64,000 bases of DNA from a bacterium (GCA_030606215.1 JAUWGW010000003.1:4407-68406), one strand, 5' to 3'; positions 15,239-24,109 are shown, numbered from the stretch's first letter. The notes: generated by a model from the sequence alone, not told the origin. Translations and numbers: made by a program.

Positions 15239-16537
15239 GTGATGAGCGGAATTCTATTCTTCTTGAGTCTGGTTATAGTTGCCGCGTGGTTTTTCTGGGG
15301 TGTGGCAGGCGGTACAATCGTTACTACAATCTCCTCCGCTATATGTCTTATAATCTGCGCAGTTACGGGAAATGGTGTCTATATGAGGGAAGTTCTTCTT
15401 TTTGCAGGTATAGCGATTTTCTGTCATGTATTGCTGGAAAAAGAAAGGAAAGTGCGAAGGCGAGCTGAAACACGCCTGGAACGGATTCAAGGAAGCAAGA
15501 ATACTCTTCAGCTTGCGTACAGTAAGCACAGGTTGGCAGGTAAGTCTTTGCAGACCAGGATAAACAGGTATTTGATGCTCAGGGAAGTTGCGCAGATTCT
15601 TGCTTCAAGTCTTGATTTTGAAAAGACAGCCGCATTAATTGTCAGGAAAACACTTGAGGTGATGGGTAAAAGAGGGTTCTGTCTTCTTTATCTAACTGAT
15701 GTAGAAGGGCAGAAACTTGCTCTCAAAGCTTCATGGGAATCTAAAATAAAGTCAAAGACAGGGGATGAGTTTGATGATTGGGTTCTGAAACGGGGGCAGG
15801 TGCTATTAGTGGAAAATGTTGAGAAGGATTTCAGGTTTGGAGTGAGCGATGCGGCGAAAGAACGCCGCGTTGGTTCATTAATAAGTGCACCTCTGATTTC
15901 AGGTGAGAGAATAATCGGGATTTTGAGAGTAGATAGTGAGGAGCTAAACACTTTTCTTACCGATGATTTGAGATTGCTGAGTATTCTTGCAACGCTTGCG
16001 GCTGTCTCAATTGAAAATGCGCAGTTGTATTGCAGGACGGAGGAACTCGCAATTACAGATGGATTGACAGGACTGTATGTTCACAGGTATTTTCAGGAGC
16101 GTTTAGGAGAAGAATTGGAACGAGCGATGCGAAGCAACTCATTCTTATCATTCCTTATGATTGATATCGACCACTTCAAAGATTACAATGACCGTTATGG
16201 ACATAGTGTCGGGGACATTGTTCTGAAGAAGGTATCTAAGGTTCTCAAGGAGAAAGCTGGTGATGGCGCCATTGTGGCGAGGTATGGTGGGGAAGAATTT
16301 GCAGTTGTTCTCCCCAGAACAGAGAAGAAAGCTGCCATTAAGATAGCAGAGATAATTCGCAAAGCAATTGCTGATGAAGCCGTTACTGTTCGCAGAAAGA
16401 AGACAAACATTACTGTAAGTGCGGGGGTTGCAGCCTTCCCGGTAGATGCAATGATAAAGGGAGATATTATAAGAAAAGCAGATGAAGCGCTTCTTCGTGC
16501 AAAAACAGAAGGGAGAAACAGGGTCTGTGCCGCGTAG
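15239..16537 (+). CDS. Membrane-anchored GAF-GGDEF diguanylate cyclase
   Basis: 432 aa. N-terminal TM helices, a GAF-like middle region, and a GGDEF domain with RYGGEEF and upstream DHFKDYND. The start is uncertain (GTG 15239 or ATG 15242) because it lies directly after the terminator. Confidence 0.85.
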   Translation: MMSGILFFLSLVIVAAWFFWGVAGGTIVTTISSAICLIICAVTGNGVYMREVLLFAGIAIFCHVLLEKERKVRRRAETRLERIQGSKNTLQLAYSKHRLAGKSLQTRINRYLMLREVAQILASSLDFEKTAALIVRKTLEVMGKRGFCLLYLTDVEGQKLALKASWESKIKSKTGDEFDDWVLKRGQVLLVENVEKDFRFGVSDAAKERRVGSLISAPLISGERIIGILRVDSEELNTFLTDDLRLLSILATLAAVSIENAQLYCRTEELAITDGLTGLYVHRYFQERLGEELERAMRSNSFLSFLMIDIDHFKDYNDRYGHSVGDIVLKKVSKVLKEKAGDGAIVARYGGEEFAVVLPRTEKKAAIKIAEIIRKAIADEAVTVRRKKTNITVSAGVAAFPVDAMIKGDIIRKADEALLRAKTEGRNRVCAA

Positions 16538-17960
16538 ATTTATACCAGTGGTTTTATTGTTCTTAGCAATAATATTTGCACTTATTATGGTGGGTGGCGA
16601 AGAGTCCTCTTTATCTTTTGCCTTCCGTATATATTTTCTTCCTGTAGTGCTGGCTGCTTATTTAGGTGGAAAAAAAGGGGGTTATATTACAGCTTCAGTG
16701 GCTATTGTTCATGGGATAATGATGACTTTTACATCAGAGTATATTCTACCAAACATTTTATTTTTGCTTCTCTCATCGGGGATTTTCTTCTTTGCAATAA
16801 AGATTACTGTGGGATTTGATGAACGGTTGAGGAGAGTTTCAAGTTCCTGTAATGAAAAGTCTGAGAGTGCAAAAACTTCCTACGATGGTCTGATTGCGGA
16901 GGATGAGAAACTTCTGAAAAACAACAGGGAGCTTGAGAAGAGAGGTGTGCGGTTAGCTGAACTATATGAGGCAAGTAAAGCTATGGGAGCCTCTCTTGAT
17001 TTTGGGAAAATTCTTGAAATAGTGCGTGAGGCAGTTCGTGAAACTTTTGATTTTAGCAGAGGAGTTCTTCTTCTACAGCGGGGGAAGGGAAGTAAGAAGT
17101 TTGATTTCCAGTATCGTTTTGATAGTGGTGAAATAACAGAAGGGGATATTGAGAGCGGAAGAAATGAGGTTATTAATTGGATTATGAAGACTGCAAAACC
17201 GCTCATCATTCAGGAAGATGCGGAGAGAAGGAAATTTAACCTGCCTTCACAGGTCAGTTCAGTTTTGGGAGTACCACTCATATTGTCTGATAGAGTGATT
17301 GGTGTTTGCATACTTGAAAATTTTGCTCTTCGTGGTGTAGAGAGCAGGGAAGCAACGGGCGGTGGTCAAGTCTCTGGGGAGGAAATTACAGGCATTTTCT
17401 CCATTCTCACAACTCAGTTTGCTCTTCAGATGCAGAAAGTAGCGCTCTATGAGGAGGTTGAAAAACTCTCAATTACAGATGGATTGACGCAGGTGGCGCT
17501 CCGGAGGTACTTCTTGCGGAGATTTGAAGAGGAATTGAAACGTGCTCGTCATTATGGTTTATCTCTTTCATTCCTTATGGCTGATATAGACAATTTCAAG
17601 AGTTATAATGATAGATATGGGCATTTAGTTGGAGATGCTGTTTTGAGGGAGATAGCAAAAATCCTCCGCGAAGGAGTGCGTGAAGTTGACTTTGTAGGGC
17701 GTTATGGAGGGGAGGAATTCTGTGCCATGCTGCCTGAGACTGATAAAAAAGGCGCTTATGAAGTTGCAGAAAGAATTCGCTGGCTTGTGGGAAATAGCCA
17801 TTTCAAGGCGTATGATGAAAAAACTTCAGTTACTATAAGCGTAGGGGTGAGCAGTTTTCCTGTAGATGCTGATACAGGAGAGAAGTTGATGAATAAGGCT
17901 GATGCGGCATTGCTTCGAGCAAAAGAGTCTGGACGAAACCGAGTTTGCAAATATGAATAG
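16482..17960 (+). CDS. Membrane-anchored GAF-GGDEF diguanylate cyclase (tandem paralogue)
   Basis: 492 aa. TM helices, a GAF-like region, DNFKSYND and RYGGEEF. ATG 16482 overlaps the upstream gene by 56 nt. GTG 16527 is an alternative start. Confidence 0.85.
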   Translation: MKRFFVQKQKGETGSVPRRFIPVVLLFLAIIFALIMVGGEESSLSFAFRIYFLPVVLAAYLGGKKGGYITASVAIVHGIMMTFTSEYILPNILFLLLSSGIFFFAIKITVGFDERLRRVSSSCNEKSESAKTSYDGLIAEDEKLLKNNRELEKRGVRLAELYEASKAMGASLDFGKILEIVREAVRETFDFSRGVLLLQRGKGSKKFDFQYRFDSGEITEGDIESGRNEVINWIMKTAKPLIIQEDAERRKFNLPSQVSSVLGVPLILSDRVIGVCILENFALRGVESREATGGGQVSGEEITGIFSILTTQFALQMQKVALYEEVEKLSITDGLTQVALRRYFLRRFEEELKRARHYGLSLSFLMADIDNFKSYNDRYGHLVGDAVLREIAKILREGVREVDFVGRYGGEEFCAMLPETDKKGAYEVAERIRWLVGNSHFKAYDEKTSVTISVGVSSFPVDADTGEKLMNKADAALLRAKESGRNRVCKYE

Positions 17961-17992
17961 TGAACTAATGTTAGAGGAAGGGGTGATTGAGC

Positions 17993-18094
17993 ATGCCTTG
18001 TGGTAGAAAAAGGAAAAAAGCCAAGATGGGGACACATAAAAGGAAGAAGAGATTAAATAGGGACAGGCATAAGAAGAAAGGTAAGAAGCGGTGA
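17993..18094 (+). CDS. Unannotated 33-aa ultra-basic protein, bS22-like small ribosomal protein candidate
   Basis: MPCGRKRKKAKMGTHKRKKRLNRDRHKKKGKKR has 19 K/R in 33 residues. GAGGAAGGGG lies ~10 nt upstream of the ATG. The stop overlaps the GTG of the next gene (GTGA). It is too short for the ORF track. Confidence 0.5.
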   Translation: MPCGRKRKKAKMGTHKRKKRLNRDRHKKKGKKR

Positions 18095-19011
18095 CCCGCT
18101 ACAAGATGCAAATGTTCAGTAGAACAAACATAATAAGTGTTGGAATGGTTGCGTGCCTTCTGGGTTTTTTTATTGCATTTACTTGCGTTGTAGAAGGCAG
18201 CAGTGAAGAAAAAGCGGAGCAGGAATTCGCAGAAACCCAGAGGGCTCTTGATAAATGTGAGATTGGATTTTCAGATGGGATAAGAAGATACAGGAGGGTT
18301 ATCAAAAAATATCCTGAGAGTGAGGTATCTGCTCGCGCCTTTTATGCGATAGGGGACCTGTTTGAAAAACTTGGTGAAATGGAGAAAGCATCCACAGCTT
18401 ATATGAGTGTTATTGAAAGTTACCCTGACAGTGGGTGGTTCTCGCCTGCTGTTCAGGATTTATATCGTATAGGGTGTTATCTATTCAATCTAAAAGAAGA
18501 AAGATTCTTTAAAAATACTTATGAGCAGGCAGGGAAAATTTTCAGAAAGATTTTAGAAGTTGCTCCCTCTATTGAGAATGCAGGTGAAATCCAGTACAGG
18601 GTAGGCTATTGTTCCCTGGAACTTGGTGAGTATGAAGGGGCAGCTTCTGAATTTCAGAAGGTTATTGATAGCTATCCTGAAGAACCATGGCTTGAGAAAG
18701 CGGAGCATAAATTGGGGGTAAGTTTCTTCAAACAGTCCCTGCCAGCACAGCGCGACCAGACAATGACTGATAAGGCAATCGTTCAGTTTACTCGCTTCCT
18801 GAGAGAATATCCTGAAAGCCAGTTTGTTGAAAATGTGAAAGAGAAGTTATCTATCTTAAGGGAGAGAACAGCGGAGAAACTCTACTCTATTTGCTTGTTT
18901 TACCTGAAGCAGAAAGAAAAAAAGGCGTTTTTATTTTACTGTCAGGAACTAATACATCGTTTCCCTGATACTGAATGGGCAGAATTGGCAAGAGAACTTC
19001 TGGAGACATGA
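18091..19011 (+). CDS. TPR-repeat outer-membrane lipoprotein-like protein (BamD/YbgF family)
   Basis: 306 aa. Signal-like N-terminus ending FIAFTC. Repeated YP(E/D)S...A motifs (KKYPESEVSARAFYAIG, ESYPDSGW, DSYPEEPWLEKAEHKLG, REYPESQFVENV, HRFPDTEWAE), typical of BamD/YbgF. Confidence 0.55.
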   Translation: MTRYKMQMFSRTNIISVGMVACLLGFFIAFTCVVEGSSEEKAEQEFAETQRALDKCEIGFSDGIRRYRRVIKKYPESEVSARAFYAIGDLFEKLGEMEKASTAYMSVIESYPDSGWFSPAVQDLYRIGCYLFNLKEERFFKNTYEQAGKIFRKILEVAPSIENAGEIQYRVGYCSLELGEYEGAASEFQKVIDSYPEEPWLEKAEHKLGVSFFKQSLPAQRDQTMTDKAIVQFTRFLREYPESQFVENVKEKLSILRERTAEKLYSICLFYLKQKEKKAFLFYCQELIHRFPDTEWAELARELLET

Positions 19012-19022
19012 TACCGTTGTGA

Positions 19023-19233
19023 CTAAACTTTTGCATTTTTTTCGCTCCGCGTTATTTTCCCCTGCCTCTTTGGCAGGGTCGGCACAATCTTCACTTCGTC
19101 GGGGCAGAAATCAAACTCCTCCCCCACCACTGCACGCAGTGATGGGGTCGTCAAACATAATTTCTGCTTTATCCCGACTACGTTTGCTTCTGCCTAAAAT
19201 AACGAAAGTCGCTCAAAAAACGCAAAAGTTTAG
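19023..19233. mobile_element. MITE-like palindromic intergenic element, copy B (~211 bp)
   Basis: TIRs CTAAACTTTTGCATTTTTTT and the reverse complement of AAAAAACGCAAAAGTTTAG. Collinear with copy A, plus an extra internal segment CCCCCACCACTGCACGCAGTGATGGGG that is itself a hairpin. Confidence 0.6.
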
Positions 19234-19717
19234 TTTCTTTATTCTTGTGGTTTTTGCAGTTTTAATTTCAGGTTGCGGATATACAATCCATTCCGGGGTG
19301 AGAAGCGATATTGCAACAATTAATATCGCGACCTTTGAAAACAGAACATTTGAGCATGGGCTTGAAGCAGAGCTATCAAAAGTCCTTACGAAAGAGTTTA
19401 TTCTTGACGGGGCATTCTCTGTGGTGGATGTTTCCGAAGCTGATGTTCAGTTAAGTGGTGAGATTGTTGAGTATGTTCTGGAACCTTATACTTATGGTGT
19501 GGATGAATCAGAGGTTGAACAGTATAGAGTGCGTATCCAGGCAAGCGTCTCCCTCCGACAGGTTGGCGGAAAAGAAGCCATGTGGGAGGAATTAATGGAG
19601 GGGGATGCCACATATTACCTGAGCGGTGCTCTTGCCAGGACAGAAGAAGAAGCGTCCCGTCTCGCTCTTTATGAACTTGCGAAAAAGATTGTTTCAAGAA
19701 CTGTGAGAGCATGGTGA
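19142..19717 (+). CDS. lptE: LPS-assembly lipoprotein LptE-like
   Basis: Lipobox LISGCGY followed by an LptE-like pattern (INIATFENRTFEHGLEAEL...LSGEI). lptE-holA synteny as in proteobacteria. The start is unresolved: the track GTG 19019 and ATG 19142 both lie inside the repeat, and GTG ~19247 is another option. Confidence 0.55.
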   Translation: MGSSNIISALSRLRLLLPKITKVAQKTQKFSFFILVVFAVLISGCGYTIHSGVRSDIATINIATFENRTFEHGLEAELSKVLTKEFILDGAFSVVDVSEADVQLSGEIVEYVLEPYTYGVDESEVEQYRVRIQASVSLRQVGGKEAMWEELMEGDATYYLSGALARTEEEASRLALYELAKKIVSRTVRAW

Positions 19718-19720
19718 ATA

Positions 19721-20701
19721 ATGAAGCTCGGTTATAAAGAGCTATCGGGGCATATTGAGGAAAATCCTTCCCCCGTGTATCTTTTTTCAGGTCAGGAAAA
19801 TTTCTTGAAAGAAGAGTTGTTGAGAAAACTCATATCTAAATTCAGTCTCGGATTCAATTTAGATGTTCTCTATGGCGGGGAAAGTTCTGGTGAAGATATT
19901 GTGTCAAGAGCTCTTACTTTTCCATTTGGCACGTCTCGCAGATTGGTTGTTGTGAGGTCGGCAGAACAGCTGTTAGATGTGGACAGGGAAAGAATTCTCT
20001 CCTATATTGAGAATCCATCACCTGATACATTGCTTATATTAGTGGCTGAAGTTAAGAGTGGTAGTGACCGATTCTTTAGCAAAGTTGCTGAAGTTAGTGT
20101 AGAAATTGATTTCAGGACTATGTATGAGAATGAAGTTGTCCCATGGCTTGTGAGTAGAGCTCGCGCTCTGGGGAAGCGGTTAACTCCAAAAGCCGCCTAC
20201 GAGTTGAAGGAGCTCGCCGGGCGAGATTTGCGCCTTCTGGCAAATGAATTGGAAAAACTTTCTATAGAGGTGGGGGAGAGAAAAGAAATTAAACTTGAAG
20301 ATGTGCAAACCCTTGCGGGTGGAAGCAGGGTCAATACTACATTTGAACTTGTAGATGCAATTGGAAGGAAGAGAAGAAATCTTGCGTTGAGAATACTTTC
20401 ATCGCTAATTCAGCAAGGGAAAGCTGCTCCTGAGATAATAGGCCTTCTTGCCTGGCAATTCAGGCGGCTCTGGAGGGTAAAAATTTATGTAGAGAAAGGG
20501 ATGCAGTTACATGAGATTGCGAAGGTTTTAAAGATACCCGGTTTCCACACTCGCGGACTTATCGCCCAGGCAGGGAAGTTCTCTCATGAGAAACTGAGGG
20601 AAAGTTTTACTGCGCTTCTTGAAACAGATGTTAAAACAAAATCAGGAGAGGCTCCTGCAATTGCTCTGGAACTACTGATTGTCAGACTTTGCCAGGGATA
20701 A
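19721..20701 (+). CDS. holA: DNA polymerase III subunit delta
   Basis: 326 aa. N-terminal VYLFSGQENFLKEE, length and helical C-terminal domain typical of HolA. Lies downstream of lptE. Confidence 0.8.
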   Translation: MKLGYKELSGHIEENPSPVYLFSGQENFLKEELLRKLISKFSLGFNLDVLYGGESSGEDIVSRALTFPFGTSRRLVVVRSAEQLLDVDRERILSYIENPSPDTLLILVAEVKSGSDRFFSKVAEVSVEIDFRTMYENEVVPWLVSRARALGKRLTPKAAYELKELAGRDLRLLANELEKLSIEVGERKEIKLEDVQTLAGGSRVNTTFELVDAIGRKRRNLALRILSSLIQQGKAAPEIIGLLAWQFRRLWRVKIYVEKGMQLHEIAKVLKIPGFHTRGLIAQAGKFSHEKLRESFTALLETDVKTKSGEAPAIALELLIVRLCQG

Positions 20702-20929
20702 ATTTAGTTTCCGTGTGAGTCTGGATTTCTTGCGGGCGGCAGTATTCTTATGGAGCACTCCTTTACTTACTGCCTTATCAATCTGGCGAATAGCTTTCAG
20801 AAGAGTTGCCTTCACAGTATCAGCATCATTCCCCGAGATTGCCTCGTTCACTCCACCAATAGCAGTTTTGATGGAAGATTTCGTAACTCTATTCCGATAC
20901 CATCTTTTCAAATTCCTTTTCTTTCTCAT
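20672..20929 (-). CDS. rpsT: 30S ribosomal protein S20
   Basis: 85 aa, basic and helical. NRVTKSSIKTAIGGV...AVSKGVLHKNTAARKKSRL is a typical S20 sequence. Its 3' end overlaps the holA 3' end by 30 nt (convergent). Confidence 0.9.
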   Translation of the reverse strand: MRKKRNLKRWYRNRVTKSSIKTAIGGVNEAISGNDADTVKATLLKAIRQIDKAVSKGVLHKNTAARKKSRLTRKLNLSLAKSDNQ

Positions 20930-21113
20930 TTTATTCCTTTCACAGGTCCACCTTTACCTTAAGGCTACAAAACTACCGAGTCAACCCCAAAGTTTTCCAG
21001 TGCCGTAGCGCCAAGTAAAAAGAGAGAATTTTAAAGAATTAAATTTCTGCTAGCTATAAGCTCAACCTTTATTTGCTCTAAATAATCGTCAAGTATTTCC
21101 CCTCCCAAAAAGC

Positions 21114-21142
21114 AGTTTACGATACGGTTTACATTTTGTCAA
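21114..21142 (-). promoter_or_regulatory. Candidate sigma70-like promoter on the minus strand (TTGACA-17 nt-TAAACT) upstream of rpsT
   Basis: On the minus strand, TTGACA is at 21142-21137 and TAAACT at 21119-21114. This would give a ~185-nt leader before the rpsT start at 20929. Confidence 0.3.
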
Positions 21143-21266
21143 CACAAAATACAAAACTGGAAACCTAATTTTTATATAGATTTTTATATGAGGCAATGAT
21201 ACAATTTCACCCAGCTCTTTGCAAAGAGGCTGGAATAAATATTATGGCGATGCAGGAGGAGGATAA

Positions 21267-23330
21267 GTGAAAATCAGAAATGCGGCAATTGTAGGGCATA
21301 ATGGGGCAGGGAAGACTTCACTGACTGAGGCATTAGCTTTTAATGCCGGGTTGACAAGTAGACTTGGGCGGGTTCAGGATGGTACCACTATTAGTGATTA
21401 TAACTCTGATGAAATAAAAAGGCAGATGACAATTGATTCAAGCCTGCTTACCTCTGAGTGGAATGGACATAGAATTTATATGGTTGATACTCCGGGTTAT
21501 GCAGATTTTAGCTGTGATGTGAAACAGAGTATGCGGGCATTTGATTCTGCTATTTTTGTGATTGATGCTACCTCTGGCATTGGGGTTGGAACTGAGACAG
21601 CATGGGAATATGCTGATGAGTTTAAAATGCCGCGCTTAATTTTTGTGAATATGATGGATAAGGAGTCTGCTAATTGGAATTCCATCCTTCAGGAACTTCA
21701 GGAAAGGTGGGGTGGTGCTTTCAAGATAACTCCGATACAACTGCCAATCGGAAAGGAAGCAGATTTTAAAGGTGTGGTAGACCTTATCAGCATGAAAGTC
21801 CTAACCTATTCGGAGGGGAAGGAGACAGGAGGTGGGGAGATACCTGCTGAACTCTCAAAAGAAGTCTCAGAAGTTCGCGAGAAACTTATCGAAACATCAG
21901 CAGAAAATGATGATGCGCTTGTTGAGAAGTATCTTGAGGGCAAAGAACTTACCGTGGAGGAGTTAAAAAGAGGACTCAGAATAGGAATTATTCAGAGGAA
22001 AATAGTTCCCGTCTTCTGTGGTTGTGCATACCAGAACATTGCGGTCAGGCCGCTGTATGATGCAATTATTGATTATATGCCTTCACCGGTAGAGTGTGAG
22101 TCTCTCCCGGTGACTATTCCCGGAGCAGGGAAGGAGGAAACCAGGGAGCTTTCTCCTGATGCGCCTTTCACAGCATATGTTTTCAAGACGATTAATGAAC
22201 CGCATTTAGGAGATGTATTGCTTTTCAGAGTTTATTCTGGAAAGCTTACTGCAGGTTCTGAGGTCTATAATTCGACAAAGGGAAAAACAGAGAAAATCAG
22301 TCAGATTTATCTTATGCGTGGAAGAAATCGGGAGGAAACTTCAGAAGTAGCTGTAGGTGACATTGCCTCTATTGCTAAACTTAAGATAACCAGAACAGGG
22401 GATACTCTCTGCGATAAGAAACATCCGGTATTGGTGGAGCCTGTTAATCTTCCTGAAGGGGTAGCTTCAGTTGCTCTCAAACCAAAGACAAAGAAGGATC
22501 AGGAAAAACTCAGCACATCTCTCAGGAAACTGGCTGAAGAGGACCCTGTTTTACGGATACGACATGACCATGAACTCGGGCAGACAATTGTTACGGGGAT
22601 GGGAGATGTTCATCTTGATGTTGTTGTGGAGCGTCTCCAGGAGAGGTTTGGTGTTGAGGTAGTTGTTGAGAAGACAAGGGTTGCCTACCGGGAAACAATT
22701 CGTTCAACTGCAAAAGTGCAGGGTAAATACAAGAAACAATCTGGGGGCAGGGGACAATATGGAGATGTGTTTCTTGAGATAGAACCTCTTCCGAGGGATA
22801 AGGATTTCGAGTTTGTTAATAAGATTGTGGGAGGTGCCATTCCAAGCAAATATATACCGGCAATTGAAAAGGGTGTGAAGGATGCTATGTCAAAAGGTAT
22901 CCTGGCAAGCCATCCTGTGATTAATGTAAAAGCAACGGTTTATGATGGTTCATTTCATGATGTCGATTCTTCAGATATGGCTTTTCAGATTGCCGCATCG
23001 ATGGCTTTCAAGAAGGCTTTTGCCGAAGCGAACCCTGTATTGTTAGAGCCAATTGTTGAGGTTCAAATAGTTATACCAGAAACATATGTCGGCGATGTAA
23101 CTTCTGATTTAAACAGCAAGCGTGGACGGATTATGGGGATTGAAATGAAGGGAGAAAGGCAGGTAATAAAAGCGCATGTCCCTCTTGCGGAAATTAACAG
23201 GTATTCAACGGACTTAAAATCTATGACGCAGGGCAGGGGGAGTTATCAGGTGAAGTTCTCTCACTATGAGGAAGTCCCTGCCCGCGTAGGTGAAAAACTG
23301 ATTAGCGAAGCGAAGAAATCTGAAGGCTGA
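21267..23330 (+). CDS. fusA: Elongation factor G family GTPase (paralogue outside a str operon)
   Basis: 687 aa. G1 GHNGAGKTS, G3 DTPGYADF, G4 NMMD. Domains II-V are recognisable. GTG start after GGAGGAGG. Confidence 0.9.
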   Translation: MKIRNAAIVGHNGAGKTSLTEALAFNAGLTSRLGRVQDGTTISDYNSDEIKRQMTIDSSLLTSEWNGHRIYMVDTPGYADFSCDVKQSMRAFDSAIFVIDATSGIGVGTETAWEYADEFKMPRLIFVNMMDKESANWNSILQELQERWGGAFKITPIQLPIGKEADFKGVVDLISMKVLTYSEGKETGGGEIPAELSKEVSEVREKLIETSAENDDALVEKYLEGKELTVEELKRGLRIGIIQRKIVPVFCGCAYQNIAVRPLYDAIIDYMPSPVECESLPVTIPGAGKEETRELSPDAPFTAYVFKTINEPHLGDVLLFRVYSGKLTAGSEVYNSTKGKTEKISQIYLMRGRNREETSEVAVGDIASIAKLKITRTGDTLCDKKHPVLVEPVNLPEGVASVALKPKTKKDQEKLSTSLRKLAEEDPVLRIRHDHELGQTIVTGMGDVHLDVVVERLQERFGVEVVVEKTRVAYRETIRSTAKVQGKYKKQSGGRGQYGDVFLEIEPLPRDKDFEFVNKIVGGAIPSKYIPAIEKGVKDAMSKGILASHPVINVKATVYDGSFHDVDSSDMAFQIAASMAFKKAFAEANPVLLEPIVEVQIVIPETYVGDVTSDLNSKRGRIMGIEMKGERQVIKAHVPLAEINRYSTDLKSMTQGRGSYQVKFSHYEEVPARVGEKLISEAKKSEG

Positions 23331-23355
23331 CGGCTGAGAGCTGGGGGCTATATTT

Positions 23356-24108
23356 ATGTCCGGACATTCTAAGTGGAGTTCTATAAAGCATAAGAAGGCA
23401 AAGATGGATGCCCAGCGGGGCAAACTTTTCGGCCGTATGATAAGGGAGGTAACAGTAGCAGCGCGGCAGGGAGGCGGTAACCCGGATGCAAATCCGAGGT
23501 TGAGAGCGGTAATTCAAACTGCAAAAAGTGTAAATATGCCGTCCGAAAATATAACCAAAGCTATAAAGAAAGGGACAGGAGAACTTCCCGGAGTAAATTA
23601 TGAAGAGTGTGTTTACGAAGGTTACGCACCCGGTGGGGTTGCAATGATGGTAGAAGTTGTAACGGATAACAAGAATAGGACATCATCAGAACTCAGGAAG
23701 GTTTTCAGTAAATGTGGTGGACATTTAGGTGCAGGAGGGTGTGTTTCATGGCTCTTTCACAAGAAGGGGGTAGTAACTGTTGACAGGAAAAACGTTGGCG
23801 AAGATGAGTTGATGGAAATTGTGCTTGATGCCGGCGCAGAAGATTTGCGTCTTGACGGAGATACCTATGTGGTTACATCTCCTCCCGAAAATCTTGAAAA
23901 ACTTAAAGCAGCTCTTTCAGAAAAAGGCATTGAAATTAGCTATGCGGAACTAACTCTTGTGCCTGAGAGCACTGTAGGTGTTGAAGGCAAAGTTGCTGAG
24001 CAGGTTCTGCGACTTGCTGAAGCATTGGAGGAATGCGAGGATACACAGCATGTTTATGCCAATTTTGATGTGCCTGATGAAATAATGGAGGAATTGACCT
24101 CTCATTGA
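23356..24108 (+). CDS. yebC: YebC/PmpR family DNA-binding transcriptional regulator
   Basis: MSGHSKWSSIKHKKAKMDAQRGKLF is the canonical N-terminus. 250 aa, located upstream of ruvC. Confidence 0.95.
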   Translation: MSGHSKWSSIKHKKAKMDAQRGKLFGRMIREVTVAARQGGGNPDANPRLRAVIQTAKSVNMPSENITKAIKKGTGELPGVNYEECVYEGYAPGGVAMMVEVVTDNKNRTSSELRKVFSKCGGHLGAGGCVSWLFHKKGVVTVDRKNVGEDELMEIVLDAGAEDLRLDGDTYVVTSPPENLEKLKAALSEKGIEISYAELTLVPESTVGVEGKVAEQVLRLAEALEECEDTQHVYANFDVPDEIMEELTSH

Positions 24109-24109
24109 A

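Noticed and set aside
20679-21008. 109-aa and 70-aa plus-strand ORFs
   Set aside because: Both are antisense to rpsT, which is unmistakable on the minus strand.
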